From the NCBI GenBank assembly GCA_038059695.1, contig JBBTIZ010000023.1, positions 13,427 to 77,426 of the forward strand: a stretch of DNA of 64,000 nt, given 5' to 3'. Made by a program: the position numbers and the translations under genes. Shown in pieces: positions 8,322 to 18,960 of the stretch (position 1 is the first letter of the stretch; each line of letters starts with the position of its first letter). The DNA comes from Planctomycetota bacterium. GTDB taxonomy: Bacteria; Planctomycetota; MHYJ01; JACQXL01. The notes beneath the pieces were generated by a model. It made no database searches and was not told the DNA's origin. It worked only from the letters and a program-made list of their open reading frames with translations.

Positions 8322-8867
8322 TTAAGAATACTTAATCTGCATGTTGCCGGACCGAGCCGGGATAATCTCAAATTCTATGCTTTTGAGGATGCGCCCCTGC
8401 TCATCCACAATATCCACCCTGGATGGCCCGGAGGCCTTGGGGTCAATATTCCTGGGGCACCAGGCCCGGAAACGGTTGCTGGTAATATTCAGCCAGTTGC
8501 TGGCCGAGACCTTTTCGCCGATATACCAGATGTAGCGGACCTTTTTACCCTCGCCGTTGATAAAGATTGACCAGCAGAAAATCTTTCCGGCATTGGAACT
8601 GATGCGCTGGCATTCCTGAACCGGTAGGCGGTCCTTGATATCCAGGCAAACCGACGCCTTGTCCACAATAATGTAATTATGGCCGGCTGAGGACTCCTTA
8701 ACATCGGAAAATCCGAGTTCCAGCATATTATTTTCCCTGACCGATGATGAACCAGGCAGGCCGGGAATGGATTGAAGATTAGAGGTCCGGGCTATGACTA
8801 AATAAGAAAAAGTGAATATTATGGCCACAGATATAACGACTACCAAAGTTTTTCTATTTCGAATCAT
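8322..8867 (-). CDS. Hypothetical exported protein (N-terminal signal/TM)
   Basis: N-terminal hydrophobic segment LVVVISVAIIFTFSYLVIA. No recognised domain. Confidence 0.4.
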   Translation of the reverse strand: MIRNRKTLVVVISVAIIFTFSYLVIARTSNLQSIPGLPGSSSVRENNMLELGFSDVKESSAGHNYIIVDKASVCLDIKDRLPVQECQRISSNAGKIFCWSIFINGEGKKVRYIWYIGEKVSASNWLNITSNRFRAWCPRNIDPKASGPSRVDIVDEQGRILKSIEFEIIPARSGNMQIKYS

Positions 8868-8970
8868 AGACGTATTCCTTTCGCGTTAACTCTCTTAACA
8901 TCGGCAAATTAACCTGAAAACTTTACTTGACAATGTTCCCCCGGCATGATAAAAAACGCAATAACGAATT

Positions 8971-10005
8971 ATGCGATACCCGATTATACTATTTATATTA
9001 ATGGACGCTCTGGCGGCGGTCTGCCTGCCCCCCGAAAATATCTGGGTTCGGGCGGACCTGTCTGAGCCGGAAGCGCCGCCCTCTCCGGCCGCCGGCGCCA
9101 AAATCGTAGCCCGGGTCAACGAAAGTTTTATTACCCTGCGCGATGTAGTCCGCCGGGCCACAATTATGGGCGCTAATAATCCCGCCGCGCTCCAGACCCT
9201 GATTGAAGACAAAGTTCTGGCTAACCAAGCCGTCAAGGAAAATATTAAAATCACCGACGAGGAAGGACAAAAGATTGTCAAGGAACGCCTTATCCATTTC
9301 ACCTCTATGGAGGAATTCGCCAAGAATATCCTCACCCCCCTGGGTATGAGCATTGAAGAATATACCGCCGATATGAAGGAACAGTTATTGCGGGAAAAAT
9401 ATATCCAGAGCAAAATCGGCGCCCATCGGCTGGCAGGTAAAAATCCGCCCGAATTTGTCATTGACACCTATGTTTCGCCCAGGGAAATCAAGGAGTTCTT
9501 TGAAGTCAATAAGAAGAAGTTCAACCAGCCCGAAAAGATCAAGGCCCGCCAGATTATCCTCAAGTTCGCGGATGGCGAGGAACGGATAAAAAAGGAATCC
9601 CTGGCCGAGAAAATACTGGCCCGCCTACAAAAGGACGAGGATTTTGCGGCCCTAGCCAAGGAGTATTCAGAGGTCAAGGCCGAGTCAGGCGGCGACTGGG
9701 ATTGGACCGCCAAAGACACCTTTGCCGAGGAGGTGGAACAGGTGCTTTTCTCCCTGAAAGTCGGCGAAATCAGTCCGGTTATCCCAACCGAAAGAAGTTT
9801 CATTATCGCCAAGGTGGAAGACAAGACCGAGTTTAAGCCCGCCTTTGACACCCCGGAGATTCAGGAAGAAATCCGCCGGACCCTGGCCAACCAGAAATTC
9901 GTCCGCGGCGCCCGGGCTATCAAGGACAAACTCCTTAAAGAAGCCAGTATCTACGTGGACCCGGATTTCATAGCGAAACCACAGATTAACACAGATGGAC
10001 ACTGA
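8971..10005 (+). CDS. SurA/PrsA-like periplasmic chaperone with parvulin-type PPIase domain
   Basis: Signal-like N-terminus, SurA_N-like region, parvulin-like segment KARQIILKF...SGGDWDW...FSLKVGEISPVIPTERSFIIAKVED. Confidence 0.6.
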   Translation: MRYPIILFILMDALAAVCLPPENIWVRADLSEPEAPPSPAAGAKIVARVNESFITLRDVVRRATIMGANNPAALQTLIEDKVLANQAVKENIKITDEEGQKIVKERLIHFTSMEEFAKNILTPLGMSIEEYTADMKEQLLREKYIQSKIGAHRLAGKNPPEFVIDTYVSPREIKEFFEVNKKKFNQPEKIKARQIILKFADGEERIKKESLAEKILARLQKDEDFAALAKEYSEVKAESGGDWDWTAKDTFAEEVEQVLFSLKVGEISPVIPTERSFIIAKVEDKTEFKPAFDTPEIQEEIRRTLANQKFVRGARAIKDKLLKEASIYVDPDFIAKPQINTDGH

Positions 10006-10010
10006 TGTTT

Positions 10011-10047
10011 AAAATCCCCTCTAATAAGAGGGATTTAGGGGTGTGTT
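10011..10047. repeat. Hairpin REP-like element aaatcccctctaataagagggatttaggggtgtgtta (copy 1)
   Basis: Near-identical copy at 23058-23093. Stem cccctct/agagggg. Confidence 0.65.
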
Positions 10048-11194
10048 ATCAATCCGCTTACTCCAAAATATGGAAAAGTTCGTCCTCAAACAATTTACCT
10101 GTAAGCCATGGAACGAATTCATTATGTTCCCCTGGAAATCCGGGATTTATAAGAACGACTCTTACTGGGTCCCGCCTTTAATCAGTGAGGACAAGAAACT
10201 ATTCAATCCGGCGGTTTACCCTTTCCACAAGAATGCCGAGGTAAAACTGTTTCTACTCTACGCTAACGGCAAACCAGTCAGCCGGGTAGCTGCGATTATC
10301 AACCACAACCACAATAAATTCCATAATGAGAAGACCGGATTCTTCGGGTTCTTTGAGTGTGTCAATTCGCCTGAGGCAGCCAAATACATCCTGGATGCGG
10401 CCAGCCGATTCTGCCAGGAAAAAGGAATGGAACGCATGCGCGGGCCGATGAATTTCTCCACCAACGACACCTGCGGTATATTGATTGAGGGCTTTGATTC
10501 CCCACCCCTGATTATGATGCCTTACAACCCTGCCTACTATATCGACCTGATGGAAAAGAGCGGGTTTGCCAAGGCCAAGGACCTCTACGCCTACTTTGCG
10601 GACTATCGTATCAAAGAGCAGATTCCCCGTATGGAGCGCCTGGCCCAGAGAGTTACAAAATCCAGCGATGTCGTTATTCGCAACATCAATTTTAAGAATA
10701 TTACCAACGACATCAGGGTCATCAAGCATATCTACAACAACGCCTGGGACAAGAACTGGGGATTCGTGCCCATGACAGACGGGGAATTTGATTATATGGC
10801 GTCTGATATGAAAAAGGTAGTTGACCCTGACCTAGCGCTGATAGCCGAGATAGGCGGCAACCCGGCCGGATTCTCCCTGGCCCTGCCCGATTATAACCAG
10901 ATAATCAAGAAATGCAACGGCCGTCTTTTCCCGTTCGGGTTCCTGCATTTCCTGTTCGGCAAATCAAGCATTGACGCGGTCCGGCTCCTGACCATGGGCG
11001 TGGTCCACCAATACCGCCAAAAAGGATTAGACGTGGTCTTTTACCTGGAATCCATAAAAAGGACATTTGCCAAGGGATACCGGGGTGGCGAACTATCCTG
11101 GATACTGGAGGACAACGTCATGATGAACCGCATCCTTGAATCTATCGGCACAAAGGTCTATAAAAAATACCGCATCTACGAAAGGCCTATTTAG
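10043..11194 (+). CDS. Hypothetical protein, possibly GNAT-fold acyltransferase-like (FemAB/BioF2-like)
   Basis: Long ORF with good coding appearance. Weak resemblance only. Start may be the MEKFVLK Met 9 codons in. Confidence 0.3.
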   Translation: MLSIRLLQNMEKFVLKQFTCKPWNEFIMFPWKSGIYKNDSYWVPPLISEDKKLFNPAVYPFHKNAEVKLFLLYANGKPVSRVAAIINHNHNKFHNEKTGFFGFFECVNSPEAAKYILDAASRFCQEKGMERMRGPMNFSTNDTCGILIEGFDSPPLIMMPYNPAYYIDLMEKSGFAKAKDLYAYFADYRIKEQIPRMERLAQRVTKSSDVVIRNINFKNITNDIRVIKHIYNNAWDKNWGFVPMTDGEFDYMASDMKKVVDPDLALIAEIGGNPAGFSLALPDYNQIIKKCNGRLFPFGFLHFLFGKSSIDAVRLLTMGVVHQYRQKGLDVVFYLESIKRTFAKGYRGGELSWILEDNVMMNRILESIGTKVYKKYRIYERPI

Positions 11195-12188
11195 ATTTTT
11201 CCACTTCGTGTTTGGTGAAAACGACATTAACCGGATTAGGTTCGTTGCGGCGCACCAGTGTTTTGCCATCCCTGTCAAGACGCGTTATCTGGAGGTTTGA
11301 AATAACCATCACTTTTTCAATCGGATGCGCATAAGTAAATGATACTTTGGCCCGGTCCTTGAACGCAAAGGACGGCGGCGGAAAGGGCTCGCTTGAGTCC
11401 TCCCCGCCTGAACGGTCGTCAGGTCGGGCAGGTTTTTCAGGCCGGGTAACCTTATAAGTGGTGATGTCCAGTTGGCCGACATTCCACATCTTGATGTATT
11501 TGACCGGCGTTAAAACCCCGACTATTTTTTCCTTGTAGCCGCGTATTTCAAGGCGGGTTATCTGGTTATCGGCGTTAAGCCAAACCGTGATATTATCCGG
11601 CAGTTTCTCTTCATTAGAACTGTCTTCTTCCTTGGAGCGGTCCGTTTTCCGGTGGCGTCTCCTGGTTTTTTCGCTATCTTTGATAGTCAATTCTATCTTC
11701 TGTAATTTGCCGTCCGGGGTGGAGGTGATTTCATAACGTTCGGTTTTTTGCAGGGTATTTACCTGTTTAACCACCTCGTTAACCGGGTCGGTAAACTTGA
11801 AGAACTCCTGGAGTTGGGCGGCCATAGCCTTGGCATATAGTTCAGATTCGCTCTTGGCTTCCCAGCCAAAATAGGCCGGGATGTCCCTGGGTTTTACGGT
11901 CAGTGATTTGTCCTGCTCCCAAATCATCTCGTAATCCACTTTTTCCAGGATATACCTGGAGCGGTATTCCTGGGACTTGAATATTTCAGGCGCCTGGACA
12001 AAACAGGCAATTCGGGTAACCTTGGCTTTTTCCTGTGTATAAAAAGTATCAGCGCATTTGTTGAGTTGCTCCAAGGCAACCGCTGCGGAAGATAACGGTT
12101 TATCCTCATCCGCGCCGTAGATACAGAAAAACCCTCCGGCGATTAAAATAATGCCTGCCACAGCCGGCGCTAATATTCTATGATTCAT
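11187..12188 (-). CDS. Hypothetical membrane-anchored/exported protein
   Basis: N-terminal TM APAVAGIILIAGGFFCIYGA, charged K/E-rich mid region. Confidence 0.4.
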   Translation of the reverse strand: MNHRILAPAVAGIILIAGGFFCIYGADEDKPLSSAAVALEQLNKCADTFYTQEKAKVTRIACFVQAPEIFKSQEYRSRYILEKVDYEMIWEQDKSLTVKPRDIPAYFGWEAKSESELYAKAMAAQLQEFFKFTDPVNEVVKQVNTLQKTERYEITSTPDGKLQKIELTIKDSEKTRRRHRKTDRSKEEDSSNEEKLPDNITVWLNADNQITRLEIRGYKEKIVGVLTPVKYIKMWNVGQLDITTYKVTRPEKPARPDDRSGGEDSSEPFPPPSFAFKDRAKVSFTYAHPIEKVMVISNLQITRLDRDGKTLVRRNEPNPVNVVFTKHEVEKSK

Positions 12189-12273
12189 AATATTAATCCT
12201 ACTAAAAAATCATTACAAGTCAAAGAAATATATGGAATAGTTTTAAGGCAATGGTATAATAACCGTCAGCATT

Positions 12274-13260
12274 ATGAGTTATTATAAAACACTATTCATT
12301 CTGGTTTTCATCCCCCTTGCCGTTCTGGTCTTAATAGGCGACCCCTTACCCCTACGGGACTTCCTTCGGTCGCAGGACAAAGAGAAAGAAGCCAGCCCGC
12401 CGCCTTTGGCAGGCCTCCCGCCATTAGTCCCGCCGAAGCGGGATGCGGGCGACACCCTTCGGGACGGGAATAATACTGATGCAACCGCTGCCGAAAAGAA
12501 AACCCTAAAGGCAGTAGCCGAATCCCGTGAGGGAAAAGATAAGATAGTTGTAGGCCAGTGGGTTAAATACCGGGTCAAGCGATACCGTAAGGGCGCGGCC
12601 GAAGACACCGTTAACGCCCTTTCAGAAACGGATATCAAAATCAGCATCGTAGCTAAGGAAACCGTGATAGAGAACGAATATCTCTGGGTGGAATTTGACA
12701 TCAACGAAAATAAAGAAGAACAGCGGATTGTAAAATTAATGATAGATAAAGACGGTATTCCCCAGGCCGAGAGGTTAGTATTAAAATACGGCAAACTGCC
12801 GGCCGTGGAGATACACCTGAAAATCTGGGAGGTCAAGACCAGAATCACCCGCGAGATGCTCTTTGACGAGATGACCTCTGAACTCAATATCATTCCGTTT
12901 ACCCGGATGCTGGCACCGGAGACCTTTGACGAAAGTTCGGTCAGTTACGAAACCCTACCCATCAAAATAGGCAACAAGGAAAACGCGCTGAATTGCACCC
13001 GGGTATTATTAAAACAGGACGAGTCCGACAAAATGGACATATTCGCTCCGTCTGCTGCCACAGGATATATCTGGTATTCCGACAAGGTGCCGTTAGCCGG
13101 GCTGGTAAAGCTGATGTTCGCAGAGGATAAATACAGAACAATGATTCTCATCTCGGATTATGGCCATACCAACGCCCAATCGCTCATTACGGAAACACCG
13201 AGCAAACTAGATTTCAGAGAAAAAGAAATAGAACCACAGATAGACACAGATAAACGCTGA
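12274..13260 (+). CDS. Hypothetical exported protein, translationally coupled to the giant OM protein gene
   Basis: Signal-like LFILVFIPLAVLVLIG. Stop overlaps the next start (TGATG at 13258-13262). Confidence 0.4.
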   Translation: MSYYKTLFILVFIPLAVLVLIGDPLPLRDFLRSQDKEKEASPPPLAGLPPLVPPKRDAGDTLRDGNNTDATAAEKKTLKAVAESREGKDKIVVGQWVKYRVKRYRKGAAEDTVNALSETDIKISIVAKETVIENEYLWVEFDINENKEEQRIVKLMIDKDGIPQAERLVLKYGKLPAVEIHLKIWEVKTRITREMLFDEMTSELNIIPFTRMLAPETFDESSVSYETLPIKIGNKENALNCTRVLLKQDESDKMDIFAPSAATGYIWYSDKVPLAGLVKLMFAEDKYRTMILISDYGHTNAQSLITETPSKLDFREKEIEPQIDTDKR

Positions 13261-16200
13261 TGAAATACATATTTTATCCACAAAAAGTTATTATTTTGTT
13301 TCTGTTATTTCTTTCTGCAACTTTGTCTTATACCGATGTCCCGTCGGGTCGCCCAGCGGACGACAAAACGGAAGAGGCGGAAAACGAGGCCTCAATAAAG
13401 CCGGAAATAATATTTGAGGAGGAATTGCCAACCGATGTAGGGAAACTCATCGAGGTGATCTATCGGTGGAAAGAGCCTCAGAGCAGCGTTGACGAGATTG
13501 TCTATAAGCGCCTGATTAAGGTCCAGGGCGAACGGCTGGGTTGTTATTACTATTCAATGTATGCCCGCTGCAAGGATGATATCCTGGTGGAAAAAACGTC
13601 TTCACCCAATGCCTGGACGCCTGAACGCGTTTTAATAAGCGGAAAGAATGTTTCTGTCGCCGCATATAAAGGAGTGATTGAGCGGAGTGAGAGCAAAAAC
13701 TTCAGGATTATTTATTACCAGCAAACGCCCTTTGGTTTGTTGAGATTGGGCGAAGTTAGACGTTCAAGCGATGAGTTTATTGCGGAGATTAAGTTTGTCA
13801 GGTGTATCGCCTCTGAAGTTGGCAAAGATACTCCGCCTACTTTATGGCATATCAGCGCTTTTGTGTCCGGGTCCCTGGCGCTCTTTGATTATTTCAATCC
13901 CAAAGAGGAAAAGAAGAATCACGCGCCGGTTGCGGACTTTCGCGCCATCCCAATTACCGGCACCGTTAATACCAGTTTCTATTTTGACGCCTCAATATCA
14001 ACCGATGCGGATGAGCCGAGTTCAGCCGGGCTCTTGGTCCGCTGGGATTTGGACGGCGACAGCAACTGGGACAACGTATTTACCTTTGACAAGATTACCA
14101 CCACCTCGTTTGCCCTCTCTGGGTCTCATGCCATCGGTATCCAGGTACGCGACCGACAGGGCGCGTTTTCCACTATTACCAAGACCGTTACGACCATCGC
14201 AGTCGGTCCCGCCTTGGCGGGATCAACGCCCCATCCGATGTTCCGTAATACCATCACTCATACCGGTGTTTCTATTTATAACGGGCCGGTGGTTACTACC
14301 ACGAAATGGACGACGCTGACCGGCGAACGGATAGAGTCATCGCCTTCTATCGCCTCGGACGGGACCATCTATATCGGCTCTTATGACGGCGGTCTATACG
14401 CCCTGAGCCCGACTACCGGAAGCACTCTCTGGACCAGTCCTTTGGCCGGCGTGATACATTCATCCGCTGCCATTGCCACAGACGGCACGATTTATACCGG
14501 CGCAGGCAATAACCTCTATGCAATTAACCCGGTAAACGGCAACCAATATTGGTCATACGATACGGGCAGTTTAGTTCGTTCGTCGCCGGTGATTGACTCG
14601 GACGGAACGATTTATATCGGCTCGGTTAATAACAATCTTTATGCGGTCAATCCGGACGGCAGTTTCAAGTGGTCATTTGCCACCGGCGGGCAAATCTGGT
14701 CATCACCGGCCATCGGGCCCGACGGCACCATCTACGTTGGTTCCCTGGATAATAAACTCTATGCCATAAACCAGAACAGCACCCTTAAATGGAGTTTTGC
14801 CACCGGCGGCGGGATTTATTCATCTCCGGCGGTGGATAATTCCAGCGTGGTTTATGTGGGCAGTTGGGACGGTTCGTTCTACGCCATAAATTCCAACGGC
14901 ACTCTGAAATGGAGTATTCCAACCGGCGGGCAAATCTGGTCTTCAGCGGCATTGGACGCAGGAAATGTTTATTTCGGTTCGGACGACGATAAGTTGTATT
15001 GCCGCAATGCCTCAGATGGTACGCCTCAATGGAGTGCGACCTGCGGTAGCAATGTCCGCTCTTCGCCCACCATAGATGCAGGAGGACAGATTTATTTCGG
15101 GACTGATGACGGTAAACTCTACGGCCTGAATTCCGCAGGCGGTAACCTGTCTGCGGATTGGCCCATTGACTTATCAGGCGCCATCACACCGATTCGCTCC
15201 TCGGTTGCGATTGCCAATGCCGTAACGCCGACTCTGTATGTCGGTTCTTATGACCGTAAAATCTATGCCATAGGCGCCGCAACGGTTGACCCGGCTGACC
15301 TGACCATTCAAAAATATGCCAACAAGACACAGGTATCTATCGGCGAAGTAGTAACCTACAAGATTGTGATTACCAACCGGGGCGTGGACCCGACCTCGTC
15401 AACCGCCACCACGGTCATAGACAGCATTCCGGCCGGATTCAAATATCTCAAGGGCTCAAGCAGATTGTCCGGCGTGGCCCAACCAGACCCGATTGGCAGC
15501 GACGCCTTAACATTTGATGTCGGGCATTTCACACCCGGGCTTTCCAAAACCCTGACTTACCAACTGATAGTGGGAAGTGGCGTTGCTCCAGGCCGCTATG
15601 TCAACCGGGCATACGCTCGATATTATTATGACAAGCCGCCGGTGACCGAAGCCGTTACGGCCATTGCCAAGAGCGAGGTCTGGGTTGTGCCTGACCCGCT
15701 ATTCGACCTGGGCACAATTATCGGCAAGGTCTTTTGGGATAAGAACGCCAACGGCATGCAGGATAAAGGCGAAGACGGTTACAACGTGGTCCAAATTATA
15801 ATGGAGGACGGCACTTTAATCACTACGGATAAAAACGGTAGTTATCATATTCCGGGCGTGAGACCGGGCGCCCATATCCTGCATCTCAAGGATATACCCG
15901 CATCCTGGATAACCACTGATAGTCCGTGTCTGGTGCGGGTAACACCGGGATTATTAGTCAAAGCGAATTTCGGAATAAAGCCGATGGACCAGGAGCCGCC
16001 GGATTCACCATTCCCGTTCTTTAACGATTTAACCTTTGTTTTATTGGGCGAAGGCACAATAGACAGCGTTTCCACCAACGGACGCGATGCAAGTAAACAG
16101 GATAAGAACGTCAAGGAGGGCAACCGTTTAAATGGACGAGTGGCCTACTATCTTACCGGCAAGATAGAAAATAAGTTCACGATTGTCTCATCGCTGGATA

Positions 16201-18731
16201 CCCAGCGCACCCAGCCCCTGCTCGCAGGGGCTGGGTTCCGCTACATTGACCCGGATAAGTATTATACTGAATACGGCGATAACTCTTCCGTGTCATTCGA
16301 TGCCGCCAACACCGCCGGCCCGTTTTACCTGAGGATAGAATCCTTACCCGAGGCGAATCTGGGCAAATCCAGCTTGCTTTATGGCTCATATAATTCTGGT
16401 ATCAACAAAACCGAATTGGCCGCCTATCAGAGAACACTGGCCGGCGTGAAATTAGACGCCGCACAAGTGCCTGTCTACAAGAATAACCATCTGAATATAA
16501 AGGCATCAGGCACGATTTTCGCCTCTTCCCAAGGGACGAGAGCCGAACAGATTCCAGCCCATAACGAATTCCGGGCCACCGGCGGCTCGGTTTATTATCT
16601 TAAGAACAAGGATGTCGTGCAGGGGTCGGAGCATATTACCATTGAGACACGAGATAAACTCAACAACCTGCTGCTGGCTACCCGGCAATTAATGCGGGAC
16701 AGCGATTACGAAATAGATTATTCCAACGGGCGCATTATATTCAGGCAGCCGCCGCTGATGGTTGATACTTCAACATACATCACTTCGAATAATATCCTCG
16801 GAGGCAATCCGGTTTATATCGTGGCGGATTACGAATATGCGCCGGCCGGGACCAGGGGCCTTAATGACGGCCCCTACGGCGGCAGATTGTCGGGCGAATT
16901 GTCCGACGACCGCAACAATAAAATGCAATTAGGCGGCACATATATTGCAGAAAAGGACGACAGCGCCTATGAGTTAAAAGGCGTTGACTTCTCGCTGGCC
17001 GAGTCAACCAAGTTCATCACGCCGGTGAGATTATCCCTGTCTGCCGAATACGCTGAATCAACCTCCCGAAGCATGGATGGTTATATTTCCACAAACGGCG
17101 GCCTGGGATTTAACACTGTAGCCGGAAATAATAACAGCCAGGGAACCGCCTACAAAATCAAGGGTGGTCTACAGCCGGCCGAATGGTTTTCGCTTGATTC
17201 ATACTATCAGAAGGTAGAGCCCGGATTTATATCTTCCTCGTCATATAATTATCAGGGCTCGCTGCGATATGGTTATTTAATCCAATATGACGCCTCAAAA
17301 GAACTGAAGATAAACCTCCGCTATGATAATCAGGAATTATTGAGGAATGCCGGTATTACGTCCCAGGGCAAGATCGGCGCGGCCAGGACCGAAACCGGCG
17401 CCCTGCAGGGGATTTATCGCAAAGACCAATGGACCCTCACCAACGAATACCGCTATCAGGAAGCAACCGGCCGGGTTGACAGTATTCAGACCGAGACCAA
17501 TCAAGACCTGATATTAGACGCGCTTAAGGTTGACTATGCCTTCAGCCAAAGGAGCAATCTTTACCTGATTCAGCAGTCCACCCTCAAAGGTGACGCCAAC
17601 TCCCAGACCACGCTCGGGACATCCTTTGGCTATAGCGAAAATATAGCGGTCAACCTTCAGGCCACCAACGGCACTAATGGCCAGGCGTTCTTAGCCGGTA
17701 TTAATAAAAAGGTGTCCGACAAAACCGAAACCTTTTCCAATGTCAGCATCAGCAATGATAAATCTTCCAGCACCCTGCAGACCTCTAATGGGGCTTCGCA
17801 CCAGTTAACGCCGGCAACGCGCATAAACGCCCAACAGGACTATGCGACCAAGAATACCCAGGCCACAGACACTACCCAACGTTCAACCGGTACTACTCTG
17901 GGCCAAGAAACCAAGCTTTCGGACCGCTGGCAATTCTGGGCCAGCGCCCAGCAGGGAATCGTTAATGACTACAACGGGACAACAAACATCGAAACCATTA
18001 GGGAATCCGGCTCGCTTCGTTTCAGGTATGCGGACAAAAACAAGACCGCATTTGATACCAAACTCGAAGCCCGGTTTGACGAAGGCGACGTGGACAAGCA
18101 TCAATACCTAACCGCCAATACCCTCAGGCATAAAATTACCGAGGATATCACGGTTTCATTGAGAGAGAATTATTCCCGGACAGAGAACCGGACCACTGAC
18201 AAGACCGAGGCGCTCTTCAACGAAACCGGATTGGGCCTGGCCTTGCGTCCGGTCAAATGGGACAAATGGCATCTGCTGGCTAAATATACCTATCTCAAGG
18301 ACATCTATCCGGTCGCTCAGGTAGATACAAGCATTGGCCCGACCAGGACCCGGTCCGATATCTACGCATTAGAAACCGCTTATGACTTATCCGAATATTT
18401 ACAGTTAGTGGAAAAATACGCCTTAAAGGATATGAAAGAAACCGTGGCCGGCTATGACGAAACCGATAACCAGGTTTCCCTCTGGATAACCCGGATTAAT
18501 TACAATGTCATCAAACAATGGTATGCGGCCGTGGAATACCGCATACTCAGGCAGACCCTGGGCGAAGACAAAAAGAGCGGATTCCTAATTGAGGCCATGC
18601 ACAAGGTCAACCAGAATATCCAGTTAGGGGTCGGTTATAATTTCACTGATTTCTCGGACGACCTCAGGCGTAACAACGATTACTCCAGCACCGGATTCTT
18701 TATCAGGATTAATACCATGTTTGAGTATTAA
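13260..18731 (+). CDS. Giant (1823 aa) surface/outer-membrane protein: signal peptide, PKD domain, PQQ-type beta-propeller repeats, DUF11 repeat, SdrD-B/Cna-B-like domain, large C-terminal beta-barrel-like region ending in an aromatic residue
   Basis: PKD-like segment ADFRAIPITGTVNTSFYFDASISTDADEP...VRWDLDGD. At least eight GTIY(I/V)GS..(N/G)LYAIN propeller blades. DUF11-like VTYKIVITNRGVDPTSS. GKVFWDKNANGMQDKGEDGYN. Ends ...FFIRINTMFEY. Confidence 0.6.
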   Translation: MKYIFYPQKVIILFLLFLSATLSYTDVPSGRPADDKTEEAENEASIKPEIIFEEELPTDVGKLIEVIYRWKEPQSSVDEIVYKRLIKVQGERLGCYYYSMYARCKDDILVEKTSSPNAWTPERVLISGKNVSVAAYKGVIERSESKNFRIIYYQQTPFGLLRLGEVRRSSDEFIAEIKFVRCIASEVGKDTPPTLWHISAFVSGSLALFDYFNPKEEKKNHAPVADFRAIPITGTVNTSFYFDASISTDADEPSSAGLLVRWDLDGDSNWDNVFTFDKITTTSFALSGSHAIGIQVRDRQGAFSTITKTVTTIAVGPALAGSTPHPMFRNTITHTGVSIYNGPVVTTTKWTTLTGERIESSPSIASDGTIYIGSYDGGLYALSPTTGSTLWTSPLAGVIHSSAAIATDGTIYTGAGNNLYAINPVNGNQYWSYDTGSLVRSSPVIDSDGTIYIGSVNNNLYAVNPDGSFKWSFATGGQIWSSPAIGPDGTIYVGSLDNKLYAINQNSTLKWSFATGGGIYSSPAVDNSSVVYVGSWDGSFYAINSNGTLKWSIPTGGQIWSSAALDAGNVYFGSDDDKLYCRNASDGTPQWSATCGSNVRSSPTIDAGGQIYFGTDDGKLYGLNSAGGNLSADWPIDLSGAITPIRSSVAIANAVTPTLYVGSYDRKIYAIGAATVDPADLTIQKYANKTQVSIGEVVTYKIVITNRGVDPTSSTATTVIDSIPAGFKYLKGSSRLSGVAQPDPIGSDALTFDVGHFTPGLSKTLTYQLIVGSGVAPGRYVNRAYARYYYDKPPVTEAVTAIAKSEVWVVPDPLFDLGTIIGKVFWDKNANGMQDKGEDGYNVVQIIMEDGTLITTDKNGSYHIPGVRPGAHILHLKDIPASWITTDSPCLVRVTPGLLVKANFGIKPMDQEPPDSPFPFFNDLTFVLLGEGTIDSVSTNGRDASKQDKNVKEGNRLNGRVAYYLTGKIENKFTIVSSLDTQRTQPLLAGAGFRYIDPDKYYTEYGDNSSVSFDAANTAGPFYLRIESLPEANLGKSSLLYGSYNSGINKTELAAYQRTLAGVKLDAAQVPVYKNNHLNIKASGTIFASSQGTRAEQIPAHNEFRATGGSVYYLKNKDVVQGSEHITIETRDKLNNLLLATRQLMRDSDYEIDYSNGRIIFRQPPLMVDTSTYITSNNILGGNPVYIVADYEYAPAGTRGLNDGPYGGRLSGELSDDRNNKMQLGGTYIAEKDDSAYELKGVDFSLAESTKFITPVRLSLSAEYAESTSRSMDGYISTNGGLGFNTVAGNNNSQGTAYKIKGGLQPAEWFSLDSYYQKVEPGFISSSSYNYQGSLRYGYLIQYDASKELKINLRYDNQELLRNAGITSQGKIGAARTETGALQGIYRKDQWTLTNEYRYQEATGRVDSIQTETNQDLILDALKVDYAFSQRSNLYLIQQSTLKGDANSQTTLGTSFGYSENIAVNLQATNGTNGQAFLAGINKKVSDKTETFSNVSISNDKSSSTLQTSNGASHQLTPATRINAQQDYATKNTQATDTTQRSTGTTLGQETKLSDRWQFWASAQQGIVNDYNGTTNIETIRESGSLRFRYADKNKTAFDTKLEARFDEGDVDKHQYLTANTLRHKITEDITVSLRENYSRTENRTTDKTEALFNETGLGLALRPVKWDKWHLLAKYTYLKDIYPVAQVDTSIGPTRTRSDIYALETAYDLSEYLQLVEKYALKDMKETVAGYDETDNQVSLWITRINYNVIKQWYAAVEYRILRQTLGEDKKSGFLIEAMHKVNQNIQLGVGYNFTDFSDDLRRNNDYSSTGFFIRINTMFEY

Positions 18732-18955
18732 CCTTTTCGTGTTTCTTTAATTATCTGAAGCGCCTTATCCGCATCGGATTCCCGCACCTGTAATTTAACG
18801 CTGAACTCACCTCCAGGAAAAGGTAAGACAAAGAATACATTGGTATTTTCATCTGTAATAAAGCACTCTATTTCTTCTTCCTCAAGGCGTATTCTAGCCA
18901 TATGGGCTGCTGTGGGCGATTCAAATTCAGCTATAGTTACCAATTTTTCTGACAT
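18728..18955 (-). CDS. Small DUF2007-like protein (putative signal-transducing protein)
   Basis: Start taken at the internal Met (MSEKLVTIAEF) so as not to overlap tsaD. Resembles DUF2007. Confidence 0.4.
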   Translation of the reverse strand: MSEKLVTIAEFESPTAAHMARIRLEEEEIECFITDENTNVFFVLPFPGGEFSVKLQVRESDADKALQIIKETRKG

Positions 18956-18960
18956 ATATT

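Noticed and set aside
8895-9851. ORFs of 190, 127 and 99 aa antisense to the SurA-like gene
   Set aside because: Overlap a gene with recognisable parvulin/SurA features. Ser/Arg-rich composition with no motifs.
13771-14319. 182-aa Pro/Arg/Leu-rich ORF in an alternative frame
   Set aside because: Embedded inside the giant OM-protein gene, whose frame has strong domain evidence. Low-complexity composition typical of off-frame translation.
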